From positions 27,441 to 91,440 of the IMG/VR virus record IMGVR_UViG_3300028569_000022: a DNA stretch of 64,000 bases; one strand, given 5' to 3'. Origin of the DNA: a virus. The position numbers and the translations under genes are program-made. The notes beneath the pieces were generated by a model that saw only the letters and a list, made by a program, of their open reading frames with translations, had not been told where the DNA came from and ran no database searches. Below, in pieces: positions 1-10,700 of this stretch (the stretch's first letter is position 1; each line of letters begins with the position of its first letter).

Positions 1-2
1 AG

Positions 3-1922
3 AGTGGGTTAGTGGTCAATATTCCAGGTGATGGTGGCACAACAATACCTCCGCTAACTGTAATTCCTCAGTTTGAGTCTACTAAGGAATTAGTTCCAGT
101 AACGCAACCGGTTCCTGGTGCATTGTTAGAAATACCACTAAGCGGATGGAACTATGAAACAAATAAGTATGACGGAAAATCGTTAGGTGCTGCTCCATAC
201 TGGGCTGAAAAACATGTAAGTAAATCTCCATCAACAAACTTTGGTGGATTATTTGATTGGGGATACTCTACAGAATTTATTGAAAGATATCTTCCGAACG
301 CTACACCTCATATATCTAATTTAACAATAAACTACGGACATGTACTAGAATACAAGTCCTTAAGTTCATCATTTGTGTGGAATCAACCAATTGAATTTCA
401 AACATTTGTAGGAGTTCCACTCTGGTGTAAAATCCAAAGAAATGAAAATAGTTACTCACCTTTGTCTGCTACGTACGATATTCTTCAATATAGAGATACT
501 CACGCCAAGCCTACATTGAGTGCTAGTGATATTTTATTGAGTAACTATATAGATGGCAGTCCACTTGAGGTGTTTTATCAAGCAGCAAACTCTTTTACGT
601 GGACCGTGAAAGTTGATACATTATCAAGTGGGACTGTGAGCAAATATAGTTACACAGCAATAGGGACTGATCAATCTCATAACGTATTATCTAATAGAAA
701 TTATCCAACAATTGCTGTTATACCAATTGCGGAAGATGTTTACAGTAAAAAAGACGTTGGTGGATTTTTTGTGCCAAATAATTTAGGAGCTTCTAATTAC
801 GTAAACAGAAATTATACAGTAAAATTATCAACTGACATAAAAGACGGCTCTGAATTCTTTGCTAGCGAATTAAACCCAGCAGGAGGAAGAGGATTGACAA
901 AACAACAACAACAAGTACCATATTATTGGGAAGATGACAATCAATGGCTAAAAGCTCCTTTTAATTCAGGAGTTTTTGCTGGGTCAGTAAGAAAATCCTT
1001 AACTAAGGATCTCCAAACATTTGTTCCGTATCAAGAATCTTTAGGATTATCCGTAAATGGATTAGTTACTCCTGAAAGTAGAACTTCTCCGTGGGGAGGA
1101 GTTGAAGGCACAGAATGGACAGATACACAAAATTTCCCAAAAACATTCGCTGGTGTTCCTAATGTGCCAGCATGGACAAAAACACAAATTTTAAAGTATA
1201 CCCAACAGGAAGTAGATTGTTGGACTTCCGACATTTACAGTAATCAGTATGGGTTGTATAAGTCCTTATCAGCATCTGTCGTAACAGACAGATCCGAGAC
1301 CACTGGAGAATTATGGGTAAAAACTAAAGAGGGAAATGTTATTACAGGCACCGCAGCACTATCATCGATCTACGAACCGTTTAAAGTCATTAATAGCACC
1401 GTTTATAGTCAATTGACTGGAAGTGGAATTTGTGTAGTTGATTGCTTTGGAGATGTTGTATTTATACAAACTACTAATGCAGTAATTTTTGCTAAAATAT
1501 TATTCGATCCTGAAACTCTGTTAATAAATACTACTCTTGATGATACAAGATTTATTATAACTTCTCTTAACATCGAAAGTGATGAAAGATTAGATGGATA
1601 TCAAAAATTAGGACAAACTTGGTACTCCCCAAAGAACAAAACAGTTGATATTGCTGTAGTTTCAATATACCAAAACCAGCTGTTTCCAGAAATTCATAAA
1701 GTTCACTTGTCTCCAATGTCTCTTGACAAGGCGTTCCCTTCAACTGAAGATCAAACAACAACTTTAACACAAGAGTTGAGTAGCATTTCTGCTAAAAGTG
1801 TAGAGTCTGCCTTGTTAACTTATAATGAACCATTGCGTAAGTATGCAATGACCATAAGTGGAACTACTACAAACGAAAAGCCGTTCGTAGTTAATCTCAT
1901 ACTACAACATGAAAATAGTTAA
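3..1922 (+). CDS. Large probable virion/baseplate structural protein, 5'-truncated by window edge
   Basis: Frame is open to the window start. Beta-rich S/T/N composition, followed by structural-type genes. No enzyme motif seen. Confidence 0.55.
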   Translation, partial: SGLVVNIPGDGGTTIPPLTVIPQFESTKELVPVTQPVPGALLEIPLSGWNYETNKYDGKSLGAAPYWAEKHVSKSPSTNFGGLFDWGYSTEFIERYLPNATPHISNLTINYGHVLEYKSLSSSFVWNQPIEFQTFVGVPLWCKIQRNENSYSPLSATYDILQYRDTHAKPTLSASDILLSNYIDGSPLEVFYQAANSFTWTVKVDTLSSGTVSKYSYTAIGTDQSHNVLSNRNYPTIAVIPIAEDVYSKKDVGGFFVPNNLGASNYVNRNYTVKLSTDIKDGSEFFASELNPAGGRGLTKQQQQVPYYWEDDNQWLKAPFNSGVFAGSVRKSLTKDLQTFVPYQESLGLSVNGLVTPESRTSPWGGVEGTEWTDTQNFPKTFAGVPNVPAWTKTQILKYTQQEVDCWTSDIYSNQYGLYKSLSASVVTDRSETTGELWVKTKEGNVITGTAALSSIYEPFKVINSTVYSQLTGSGICVVDCFGDVVFIQTTNAVIFAKILFDPETLLINTTLDDTRFIITSLNIESDERLDGYQKLGQTWYSPKNKTVDIAVVSIYQNQLFPEIHKVHLSPMSLDKAFPSTEDQTTTLTQELSSISAKSVESALLTYNEPLRKYAMTISGTTTNEKPFVVNLILQHENS

Positions 1923-2907
1923 AATTGAAATATTTCAAGAGCAAGTTCTACCAGAACCACCTATAGTCGTTTCTCCGTTTAATGTTATTCCTATAACCAC
2001 AGGCGAACAATTCAGCATCTTCGTTCAAACAATTCCCTTTCCTGTAAACTTTAGATTGTTAAATTTCCTAAACGAGACTGGTAACAAAGGAAGTGTATGG
2101 TCCACATATGATTATGTATCGATCGGTTCTTCTCTTCCGTCTACTACGTTTACTTGGCCTACAACGATTAGTTCAATTTCATCACAAAATCCGGTTGCTA
2201 CATCATCTCAAATTCTATCAGTAGCATGTTGGGAAATTACTAACACTTCTACTAATAAAGCGTACGTCTATTATAATGTAGATGAACTAACATTTACTCC
2301 AACTACTACAGGAATCTATACTGTTTCAGTTAGCGGAATTGATGAAAATAGAGATTTAATAACATTTAATCAAATCCCTTCCATTACAGCCGTTCAATTA
2401 AGCGACATATCAATAGCACAGAGCATAGGAGAGTTTAATGGCGTATTTAACGAAGAAGGATTGTATCAAGTTGCATACGAAGTATACAATGAGTCAGGAG
2501 AAAACAGATATTGTTTGACGTTATCAGCAATTCACCCTCCACCATCTCCAACTCCGTCGGTAACGCCAACATCTACTGTAACTCCAACGCCAACGGTGAC
2601 TCCGTCGCTTATCCCTTCATCAACTCCAACTCCAACTCCAACTCTAACGGTGACTCCTGGATTGTCTCCAACGCCAACATCAACACCAACACCAACGTTA
2701 ACCCCGACAGTAACTCCAACATTAACTCCGACTCCGACACAAACTCCTCCACCGACAATATGGGTGGTTCCTAACGCAACACCTCGGTGGATTTGTGAGA
2801 CTCCTGTATGTGATCCTGTTGTGGATGGAGACATTATCATAAAGACTACTCCGAGACTAGAACCCCCTTGCCCCGAACCTGAACCTGATTGTCCTTGTGA
2901 TAATTAA
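1909..2907 (+). CDS. Probable virion protein with Ig-like N-region, mucin-like Pro/Thr tract and Cys-rich tail
   Basis: PPPSPTPSVTPTSTVTPTPTVTP... tract of about 70 aa. C-terminus PPCPEPEPDCPCDN. Overlaps the upstream stop. Confidence 0.65.
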   Translation: MKIVKIEIFQEQVLPEPPIVVSPFNVIPITTGEQFSIFVQTIPFPVNFRLLNFLNETGNKGSVWSTYDYVSIGSSLPSTTFTWPTTISSISSQNPVATSSQILSVACWEITNTSTNKAYVYYNVDELTFTPTTTGIYTVSVSGIDENRDLITFNQIPSITAVQLSDISIAQSIGEFNGVFNEEGLYQVAYEVYNESGENRYCLTLSAIHPPPSPTPSVTPTSTVTPTPTVTPSLIPSSTPTPTPTLTVTPGLSPTPTSTPTPTLTPTVTPTLTPTPTQTPPPTIWVVPNATPRWICETPVCDPVVDGDIIIKTTPRLEPPCPEPEPDCPCDN

Positions 2908-2942
2908 CAACAAAGAGAATATGATTATATTAAATTAATATT

Positions 2943-3563
2943 ATGGTTAAAGGAACAAAAATAACCGAATTGATTTCTGTAGCAACTATGAATTCCACAA
3001 TGGATGAATTGTTGGCAGGAAGCGACGGAAAAACTGTACTGGTTCCTATTAGTGCAATAGAAAGTGGAATAGCAAAAGTATTACAACTTGAAACTGAGCT
3101 TAAAAGCTTGTCTGCAGATATCATTCATCCAGTTAACTCTTCTACGGTTAATATGTATATAGATTCTGCTGTGCGGGATCTATCTGCCGATTTTACTATT
3201 GTAGTAGATGAGTCTGTATTATTTCCTCAACTTCCTTTAATTTTTACGGAAAGTCTTACTGCAACAAACGGGATGCATAATAGAATGATTGTGCTTAGTT
3301 CCGACGATGACGTAACAGTAACTCTAATGCCGAATCTGTCATCTGGTTTAACGGTAAATTTTCTTCGATATGGATTTGGAGAGGTTAAATTCGTTTCAGG
3401 AGCTGGTGCTAAAGTATACACATATCCTGACAGCTCATATAACTTAATATCACACCAAAACGCATGCGTCACAGCAATAAAAGGAACTGCTGACAAATGG
3501 AATCTGAAAGGTAGTTTGGGATCTCTAAAAGGCGGAAAATTTATTATCGAGCACAATCCGTAA
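2943..3563 (+). CDS. Hypothetical fibre/adaptor-type structural protein
   Basis: N-terminal KITEL motif resembles KISQL of 62961. C-terminal beta-sandwich-like segment (VTVTLMPNLSSG...WNLKGSL). Confidence 0.5.
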   Translation: MVKGTKITELISVATMNSTMDELLAGSDGKTVLVPISAIESGIAKVLQLETELKSLSADIIHPVNSSTVNMYIDSAVRDLSADFTIVVDESVLFPQLPLIFTESLTATNGMHNRMIVLSSDDDVTVTLMPNLSSGLTVNFLRYGFGEVKFVSGAGAKVYTYPDSSYNLISHQNACVTAIKGTADKWNLKGSLGSLKGGKFIIEHNP

Positions 3564-3568
3564 TACTG

Positions 3569-3889
3569 CTACTCTTTTCTGACAGCATCCGCTTCTTTTA
3601 CTATGTCTGTCAACGCAGCAATATAAGGAATCAAATCTACTGCAGTATCATGTTTATATCCTCCCGCAAAGCGAGAATATTTTTGATCTATGAATGATGC
3701 AAGAGCGACTGCTTTAACCGCATTTTCAGACAATTCTTTATCGGTATATTTTTTAATAATAGCCTTTGTGAGATGCCAACATCCATCTTGACCCCAGGTG
3801 TCCGCATACTGTGAACCCCGTTCGTGCATGGTCTTTGCTGCTTCTTTTAGAGTGGTTGATGCTCTTTCAATAAATTCATTCATACACAA
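3569..3889 (-). CDS. Nucleotide-modification-associated (Nmad1/DUF6378-like) small helical protein
   Basis: Pattern ERGSQYADTW...KYSRF...HDTAVDLIPY resembles this phage MazG-like family. Confidence 0.5.
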   Translation of the reverse strand: MCMNEFIERASTTLKEAAKTMHERGSQYADTWGQDGCWHLTKAIIKKYTDKELSENAVKAVALASFIDQKYSRFAGGYKHDTAVDLIPYIAALTDIVKEADAVRKE

Positions 3890-3933
3890 ATATTATACGA
3901 ACAAACAGAACCTTATCAACTACTAAAACTATA

Positions 3934-6000
3934 TTAATATTTTATGCAATACAATAAAGCAACGTTTCTAGGTCGAGCAGATCCTGTGCCGAATCCGCCA
4001 GTATGAAGCTCTATGGCTGATCCTGATGTTACGGTAGTATTTTGGTAACTATTCAAGAGATTTGGCCAAGTGTCTCTCGCATTTACTACGTGATCAACTC
4101 CTATATCTTCACATGAATCATTCAAGTCCAGCCAGTTAGTTGATAAGTTTCCGCCAGATTTATCTACTCTGTTAATTGGAGTACAAACCGTAACAGAACT
4201 TCTATTAGGATCTACAATCACAGCAGTGCCTTTCTGCTTACTTCCAAAGGGTCTTCCCTTATCTACTTCTCTACCATCATCCCAACCCCGAACAAATTCG
4301 CCTCTCAAATCAGGAAGTTTACCTAGCGAGCCAAAGCTTGAACCTACTGCAGCATATAGTAACTCAAAATTTGCTTTTATACCTTGAATAGTATCTTCTC
4401 CATTCGGAACAATATCACCATTACAAACTAGCCATCCGGCCGGAGCAGTTCGTCTAGCAAAAGACATTACAGCACCGACTGGAATTACATTGTTTATTGT
4501 TGTTTGAGCACTGATGGTAATATCGTCGGTTCCGTTATTAACAATAATTCCAGCTCCAGCTTTTATTTTTTTAAACTCCAATATACCGTTTGTGTTTCCC
4601 TTCAGTACTTTTCCAACACCTGTTCCGATGTTTGAATTTACTGCATTTATCAGTGCGTTTCTCGAATCGAACGTAATTGAATTTATATCGCTCGTTACAT
4701 TAATAGCTGAGCCTATCGAACTGAGACTTTTAAATTGCAAGGTTCCAAGTGAAGATTTACCTGAGTAAAGCCCGAATGTTTGACTATTTCCCAAATTTTC
4801 AACATTTATTGTTTTGTATATTACTTCATCTTTTACGGTGATGCTTAATGTTCCGTTGTCATCATTTAACTCGATGCCGTTTCCTGCACTAAGGGTTTTA
4901 AAGTGTAGCTCGAATCCACTTTGTCCAGAGAATACTGTAGTTCCGGTTCCGACATTTATTCCGTTAAACCCAGCCATTGCTGGAATAAATGTATCAATTT
5001 TAATTCCGTCTGCTGTCTCGGTGAGCTCTACGTATTTTCCTGCAGAGAGTGTTTTAAAATGTAATGTGTTGTCAGTTAAATTTGAAAAAACTTTTTTGCC
5101 AAATCCTATATTTTCCCCAGACAATAAATTAACAACGCTTATGTGTATATTATTTAAACGATCTTCAATTATAACGTTTGGACTAGCTGCTGACAGCGTT
5201 TTAAATATTAAGTTGTCATTAATTTTTTCTTTGTAAATAAAAGCTCCTTCAGGATGTGCTCTAACTGCTGAGACTGAATCTGTTGCTGAAATGACTATGT
5301 CAGCGTTGCTCATACCCACAGTAATGTTCTTCCCACTTTTAATTGTTCTAAACTCGAGTGGGTGAGTACTATTGTCGAGAACAACTCCAGTCCCTGTACC
5401 TATATTTTTTCCAGAAACTGTAGACGTTATAGTAACAAAATCATCAGCAGTCAATAAACTAATTCCAGTGCCTGCAACAAGAGTTTTAAAAGGTAAGATC
5501 GTTCCTTGTTTTTCTTTAGCTAATCCCACTCCGCTTCCGACATTGGAAGTTGAATTTGCTTCTCCAAGAGCAAGTCCGCTTGAATCAAGTCCTGTTATTT
5601 TTATAACATCACCAACTGCACTAACAGATATATTTGTGCTTCCAGAAACAATTTTTCTGAATTCTAAACCTCTGTTAGCTTTTTGTTTAAAAATGTCTGC
5701 ACCATAAGCAACACCAACATTTGAAGCAGAAATTAATTCCTGTCCGGAATACGGATTGCCTGCAGATAGTGTCACTGTTCCTATTCCTGTGCTGGGATCG
5801 ATCGTAAGATAATCTCCCACGACTTTAATTTTACTAACACCAAACGCGCTAAATTCTGCTACGTTTGTTTGCAATTGCTGTAACGCAACGTTTACTGAAT
5901 TTACTTCAGATGTTAACGTAACAAAGTTGCTGTTGATTGATGACAGAGAATTTCCAACACACTCATTTTTGTCGATTAAAAGAACATTAGCAAGAGACAT
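3934..6000 (-). CDS. Tail fibre with ~47-aa repeats and C-terminal phage tail-collar domain
   Basis: About nine repeats of N-x-G-x-G...L-x-F-(K/R)-T-(L/I)-x-AG. C-terminus PVGAVMSFA...APAGWLVCNG...LPDLRGEFVRGWD...RPRNVALLYCIKY. Confidence 0.85.
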   Translation of the reverse strand: MSLANVLLIDKNECVGNSLSSINSNFVTLTSEVNSVNVALQQLQTNVAEFSAFGVSKIKVVGDYLTIDPSTGIGTVTLSAGNPYSGQELISASNVGVAYGADIFKQKANRGLEFRKIVSGSTNISVSAVGDVIKITGLDSSGLALGEANSTSNVGSGVGLAKEKQGTILPFKTLVAGTGISLLTADDFVTITSTVSGKNIGTGTGVVLDNSTHPLEFRTIKSGKNITVGMSNADIVISATDSVSAVRAHPEGAFIYKEKINDNLIFKTLSAASPNVIIEDRLNNIHISVVNLLSGENIGFGKKVFSNLTDNTLHFKTLSAGKYVELTETADGIKIDTFIPAMAGFNGINVGTGTTVFSGQSGFELHFKTLSAGNGIELNDDNGTLSITVKDEVIYKTINVENLGNSQTFGLYSGKSSLGTLQFKSLSSIGSAINVTSDINSITFDSRNALINAVNSNIGTGVGKVLKGNTNGILEFKKIKAGAGIIVNNGTDDITISAQTTINNVIPVGAVMSFARRTAPAGWLVCNGDIVPNGEDTIQGIKANFELLYAAVGSSFGSLGKLPDLRGEFVRGWDDGREVDKGRPFGSKQKGTAVIVDPNRSSVTVCTPINRVDKSGGNLSTNWLDLNDSCEDIGVDHVVNARDTWPNLLNSYQNTTVTSGSAIELHTGGFGTGSARPRNVALLYCIKY

Positions 6001-6036
6001 ATAAGCTATTTATAATAAAAGAACGTTTTTTGGTGT

Positions 6037-7689
6037 TTATCCTTTGTTGAATTCAATGACAGCTGAACCGAAATCAGGATTAAACAAATATTCCCAGCGA
6101 CAAAAATTATTTGGATTCGTTCCCCAGCACATTAATGTTTTATCTGATAAGGCAAACCCAATATTGTCGCCTTGCATCGATCCAATTCCAAAATAACCAA
6201 CCAACGTCCATTGTTTAGTGGAATTGTTTCGTCTAACCAACCATCGTTCATTCGAACCCATTACAGCAAATGAATATGACCTCCCATCAAATAACCACAC
6301 ATCAACGAATGTTGTTTGCTCTGTTGCAATAATAAATGGTTTGAGGTAGCCTATTTCCTCAACATCAAACCCAACTTTGATCGAGTTAGCTACTGAGTTT
6401 GTGTTGGTTATGGCTTCATTCGGATTGAAGAACTTGCTGTTAAATGAGCACGAATTAAAGCAATTTCCTTTTGTTATAGTCTTAACGGTCGGAGTTAAGT
6501 TTTTATAACCGTGTTCTATTATTGCTTCTGTGATGACATTAGTTAACTCTTCTTTTGTAAAATTTGCTTGTACCTGTGAGATTTTAAAATTAGCGAGATC
6601 TTTAATGTTGTTCGGGCTTTCAAATTTTCCTTCATCTGTTTTAATTGAGGATAGAAATTTCCAACTCAACTCACTGTTTGTATTATCCTCTGAGTTAATA
6701 AAAAATATTGTTCCAGCTACATTGGTTTGATTGACTGAATTCAACGCGCAAACATCTTCATAATAACGTACGGTTGGCTGATTTGGAGTTTCAGAGAAAA
6801 AGTAACTTGATTCCAAATCGTTACAGAAAACCAAATTAACAAAACGAGAATAGTTGTCGTTACTGTATCCAACAGCATTGAATACTCTATCGAGAGTAAA
6901 TGGAAGTATTTGTACTTTATTCTTTAATACGTCTAAATTGCCTCCAAATAGTGGAAGCAACGCACTAATCAAAGGGTTTGCGTCATCATCATTTAATATA
7001 GTAGAAATTTGTTGAGCTTCAGGAAGTTTTGAATCGAGCCAAATATTAATTTTAGGACTTTCCCAAGGAATAATGGGTTGGGCGTTAGATAACCGTAATC
7101 GAGGATTGTCTGATTTAATTTTAGATGCAAATTGCTTTGAAAGAGGTTCACTAATACTGTAAGTGGCTTTATTTGGATTCATAATATTTGTAGTAGTTGA
7201 CACTGATATTAAGTATGTAATATTTGGATCAAGTGTTGTAAATGCACACACCTTATCATTTGGTGAATATGTGTCAAAGGTTTTGGAATCCAAACTAACT
7301 TTTTGTGCCTTTTTAATTGATGGGTAATCGGATAGGTTAATAGAGGAATTAAACGGAAACTTAATAATGTGCCACGCTTCGGTTATATCACTACAGTCTA
7401 ACGTTAATATGTCTGGTACAAAACCGTTTAATATACCATCAGTCTCTATTGTAAATTGCCTAACTGACCGAATGCAATATCCTCTACCCGGCTTAAGAGA
7501 AGTTACTGATTGTGATTCGGTTGACGCTCCATTAATATAAAAATCAATATTCGAGTTTGATTCTTCGTTTGGAGAAAACGCTGAAATAATATCAGGAAAA
7601 TTACTTAGGTGTCGTTCTGATGTTCCGTCAAATTGGAGTAAAGTAAATCTTGGGCTATTTTTTTCTCCGTTAATGTTAAAAGTTTTCAT
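6037..7689 (-). CDS. Hypothetical protein, probably structural
   Basis: 550-aa ORF between structural genes. N-terminal ~170 aa has a weak internal duplication (SLKPGRGY / TLDPNITY). Confidence 0.5.
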   Translation of the reverse strand: MKTFNINGEKNSPRFTLLQFDGTSERHLSNFPDIISAFSPNEESNSNIDFYINGASTESQSVTSLKPGRGYCIRSVRQFTIETDGILNGFVPDILTLDCSDITEAWHIIKFPFNSSINLSDYPSIKKAQKVSLDSKTFDTYSPNDKVCAFTTLDPNITYLISVSTTTNIMNPNKATYSISEPLSKQFASKIKSDNPRLRLSNAQPIIPWESPKINIWLDSKLPEAQQISTILNDDDANPLISALLPLFGGNLDVLKNKVQILPFTLDRVFNAVGYSNDNYSRFVNLVFCNDLESSYFFSETPNQPTVRYYEDVCALNSVNQTNVAGTIFFINSEDNTNSELSWKFLSSIKTDEGKFESPNNIKDLANFKISQVQANFTKEELTNVITEAIIEHGYKNLTPTVKTITKGNCFNSCSFNSKFFNPNEAITNTNSVANSIKVGFDVEEIGYLKPFIIATEQTTFVDVWLFDGRSYSFAVMGSNERWLVRRNNSTKQWTLVGYFGIGSMQGDNIGFALSDKTLMCWGTNPNNFCRWEYLFNPDFGSAVIEFNKG

Positions 7690-7710
7690 TCTTAATTTAT
7701 AATACTTATA

Positions 7711-8814
7711 TTATTTTGCTTGCTGTTTCGACCTGAATAACGCTACAGCCGATACGTCTTTCCAATTTTGATCGTCGTTCCAAATCACAGAGTCATTCCA
7801 TTTAACTTCCGCAGCAAAAATTGTTGTAGCCGTAGGAGTTGGAGTAATAGTTGGAGTTGGGTCCGGAGTGCATGTCGGAGTCGGAGTAAAGGGGAGTGTT
7901 GATGTGGGGGTTGGTGTGACGGATGGTGAGGTCGTCGGAGTAGGAAAAACCGTAGGAGTTGGAGGATTTGGGATTATTATAGCTTTAGGATCATAAATTA
8001 ACTGACGAGAACTTGGTGAAATTCCTAAGACAGTCGAACCTGTAGTGAAATAATAAAACGTAAAGATATCTGTATCAACTACAGATAGTTGAACATTAGA
8101 TGACACGAAAAGTTTGCTAGAAGAAGCACTAATATTGCTGTTTGGGGCAATCGACCAGTGACAATTGTTAAAATCACACGCATCAAAATTATTTGCAAAA
8201 GTAACTCCGTCTATACCGTTAATAGTAAGAGTAAATCGCGAAACTGTAGTTGTGTCTATAATGAAATATGTCTGATCAATTACGCTTGTATTTACTATTG
8301 AATTGTTTTTATCAATAAAAATAGTAGTAACCGGAGTTTGAATTGCTGCTGGAGTTGGGGAAGGAGGCGGTAAATAGTTCTCCGTTTTTGTCAAATCAGC
8401 CACGCCATCTACAAATCTTCCAGTTAACACATCAGATGTAGTAGTTGTAAACGGTTTATATCCAAACACTGAGCCGATACGATCTTCGGAAAATTCTACA
8501 GCTGATCTAAAAAGACCATCTACTGAAACAATCATCGTTTTGAGTAATGCGCTTGTTTGAGCGGCCTCAGCAAAATAAAACGTATCAGAAAAGAAATTCC
8601 GCTTAAATGCTATTTTTTGATGAGCAACAAACGTAGTTTCTGGAGTCAAACCATACTTAAACGATTGTGCTAATTGCTGAGTCAATTTTGGAAATGGAGT
8701 AGAGGTAGGAGTGGGAGTGGGCGTAGGCGTTGGTGAAGTGCGGGGAACGGGGGCTGTGTAACGTATTCTGCCACCAAACGGATTTAAGTTACCTGCTGAA
8801 CGATTCATGATCAT
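7711..8814 (-). CDS. Probable virion protein with Pro/Thr mucin-like tracts and a shared 'R-x-G-x-x-FGY' module
   Basis: TSPTPTPTPTPTSTP and PTPTTSPSVTPTPTST... tracts. ATG at 8814 preferred over TTG 8823. Confidence 0.6.
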   Translation of the reverse strand: MIMNRSAGNLNPFGGRIRYTAPVPRTSPTPTPTPTPTSTPFPKLTQQLAQSFKYGLTPETTFVAHQKIAFKRNFFSDTFYFAEAAQTSALLKTMIVSVDGLFRSAVEFSEDRIGSVFGYKPFTTTTSDVLTGRFVDGVADLTKTENYLPPPSPTPAAIQTPVTTIFIDKNNSIVNTSVIDQTYFIIDTTTVSRFTLTINGIDGVTFANNFDACDFNNCHWSIAPNSNISASSSKLFVSSNVQLSVVDTDIFTFYYFTTGSTVLGISPSSRQLIYDPKAIIIPNPPTPTVFPTPTTSPSVTPTPTSTLPFTPTPTCTPDPTPTITPTPTATTIFAAEVKWNDSVIWNDDQNWKDVSAVALFRSKQQAK

Positions 8815-8933
8815 AATTATCAATTAAACTTATCAAAAAGCGTAAATGAAGCGTTCGTTTAATTTTGAGATGCAATTTTTGAAAATTTTCTTGAGTATAT
8901 AGTTTTTTATTTGAGTTTGATTAAATAACCTTA

Positions 8934-9470
8934 ATGAAGAATTTTGATACATTATTCGAAAAAGAGTTAGAGCGCTTTCAGCTAGGAGGAATAATTGTAG
9001 GGGATCGCATCCGCTTTACAAAAGATTGCCTCAAATTAGATTACATTAAAAGCAGAGCAGCTTCATATCAAGATATTATCAAAGCTTGCTCTGAACCCAC
9101 ATTTGATCTTAACTTGCGAGTTGGTGCAGTAAAAAGCGTATATCCAACAACTTCACACAATTACACCGGAGGAGTAACTGATGCTCCTGACGGTATCTTT
9201 TTGGACATTTATATCGAATATGCTCCAGGATTATATAGAAATCCAATGACGGTGCCAATCGACGCAGTAGAAGTCATTGATGATGGAAACAATAGAGGAC
9301 CAGTGCCAGATAGTCTCGTAAGAAAAAACAGAGTGCACGGACCTGAGGAAATAAAAACCAAACAATCAGACTTTGCTAATATTAATTTGCCTACAAAAAA
9401 CACCACTCTCCCAAATGCAAATAAGTGGGATGACGGAAAACCAGGCGGAGGAAATTTTTTAAAGGTTTAA
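8934..9470 (+). CDS. Hypothetical late protein
   Basis: TAAATA 6 nt upstream of ATG. N-terminus NFDTLFEKELE. Confidence 0.6.
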   Translation: MKNFDTLFEKELERFQLGGIIVGDRIRFTKDCLKLDYIKSRAASYQDIIKACSEPTFDLNLRVGAVKSVYPTTSHNYTGGVTDAPDGIFLDIYIEYAPGLYRNPMTVPIDAVEVIDDGNNRGPVPDSLVRKNRVHGPEEIKTKQSDFANINLPTKNTTLPNANKWDDGKPGGGNFLKV

Positions 9471-9507
9471 GTTTCCTAAAACCATACTACACTAGTATGC
9501 ATGACCT

Positions 9508-9708
9508 ATGTTCAAAAATAAAATGCAAATAATCGTATATAAAATGGCTGTGGTAATATTCTATTGTATAGGGGATATTGCTTCAAAAATTAATTCTGAG
9601 TTTGCATATGAGATTTATCAGAAGTCTATGAAAGCATCTGTTAAATATGACGAGAAAATTGGTTGGTGGTTTTGGAAAGAACCTTTAAATACAAATACGA
9701 CTTTATGA
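9508..9708 (+). CDS. Small hypothetical protein
   Basis: Stop overlaps the nrdB start (ATGA). Otherwise unsupported. Confidence 0.3.
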   Translation: MFKNKMQIIVYKMAVVIFYCIGDIASKINSEFAYEIYQKSMKASVKYDEKIGWWFWKEPLNTNTTL

Positions 9709-10697
9709 AAAATCAAACAAGATTAAAAATATTCGATGAACAAGTTTCGCGGAAGCCGAACTTATATCCGTGGACAGAACAGTTTATTGAAGCAATACAT
9801 GCTGGATTTTGGACAGATAAAGAATTCAACTTTAAGTCTGACGTGCAAAATTTTAAAGTTAGTTTGACTGAACAAGAAAAAGAAATTGTTATAAGAACGC
9901 TTTCTGCAATAGGACAAATTGAAGTTGCGGTAAAAAGCTTTTGGGCAAATCTTGGAACTAATCTTCCTCATCCATCTTTATCTGACCTTGGATATGTGAT
10001 GGCAAATACTGAAGTAATTCACAACAATGCGTACGAGCGCTTATTAACTGTTCTTGGTCTTGAAGATATATTCGAAGAAAACCTCAAGCTAGAGTGGATT
10101 CAAGGTCGTGTAAAATATCTTAAAAAATATACTCACAAATTTTACAAAGACTCAAAGAAGCAGTACTTGTATGCCTTAATCCTATTTACTTTATTTGTAG
10201 AGAATGTGTCGTTGTTTAGTCAATTCTACGTAGTCAATTGGTTCGCTCGCTTTAAAAACGTTCTCAAAGATACTGACCAGCAAGTCAAGTATACTCGTAA
10301 CGAAGAAAATTTACATGCGTTGATTGGGATGAAAATAGTCAATACAATTCGAGAAGAATATCCAGAATTGTTTGACGAAGAGCTTGAGGAAAAGATCCGG
10401 CAAGAAGCGCAAGAGGCATACAAAGCTGAGGCAAAAATTGTAGATTGGATGGTTAATGGTGTTCAACAGGAAGGACTTACTGCTGAAATTCTTAAAGAAT
10501 TTATTAAAAATCGTATTAATGAATCATTGGCTCAAATTGGATTTAAATCAGCATTTGAAGTTGACAAAGATGTATTACGGTCGACAATGTGGTTCGATGA
10601 AGAATTGCTTGGTAACAACATGTCTGACTTTTTCCACAGCCGGCCTGTAGATTACTCCAAATCAAACCAATCATTTTCTGAAGACGATTTATTTTAA
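9705..10697 (+). CDS. nrdB: Ribonucleotide reductase class I beta subunit
   Basis: FWTDKEF, E-V-I-H-N-N-A-Y (metal ligands plus radical Tyr), ENVSLFSQF, E-E-N-L-H, DFF..RPVDYSK. Start taken at ATG 9705. Confidence 0.95.
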   Translation: MKNQTRLKIFDEQVSRKPNLYPWTEQFIEAIHAGFWTDKEFNFKSDVQNFKVSLTEQEKEIVIRTLSAIGQIEVAVKSFWANLGTNLPHPSLSDLGYVMANTEVIHNNAYERLLTVLGLEDIFEENLKLEWIQGRVKYLKKYTHKFYKDSKKQYLYALILFTLFVENVSLFSQFYVVNWFARFKNVLKDTDQQVKYTRNEENLHALIGMKIVNTIREEYPELFDEELEEKIRQEAQEAYKAEAKIVDWMVNGVQQEGLTAEILKEFIKNRINESLAQIGFKSAFEVDKDVLRSTMWFDEELLGNNMSDFFHSRPVDYSKSNQSFSEDDLF

Positions 10698-10700
10698 AAT

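Noticed and set aside
2511-2840. Asn/Ser-rich and Val/Gly-rich alternative ORFs (likewise 63597-63788 and 48787-49119)
   Set aside because: Alternative frames of Pro/Thr repeat DNA.
9663-9704. Longer nrdB start given in the ORF track
   Set aside because: ATG 9705 gives a typical N-terminus and an ATGA overlap with the upstream ORF.
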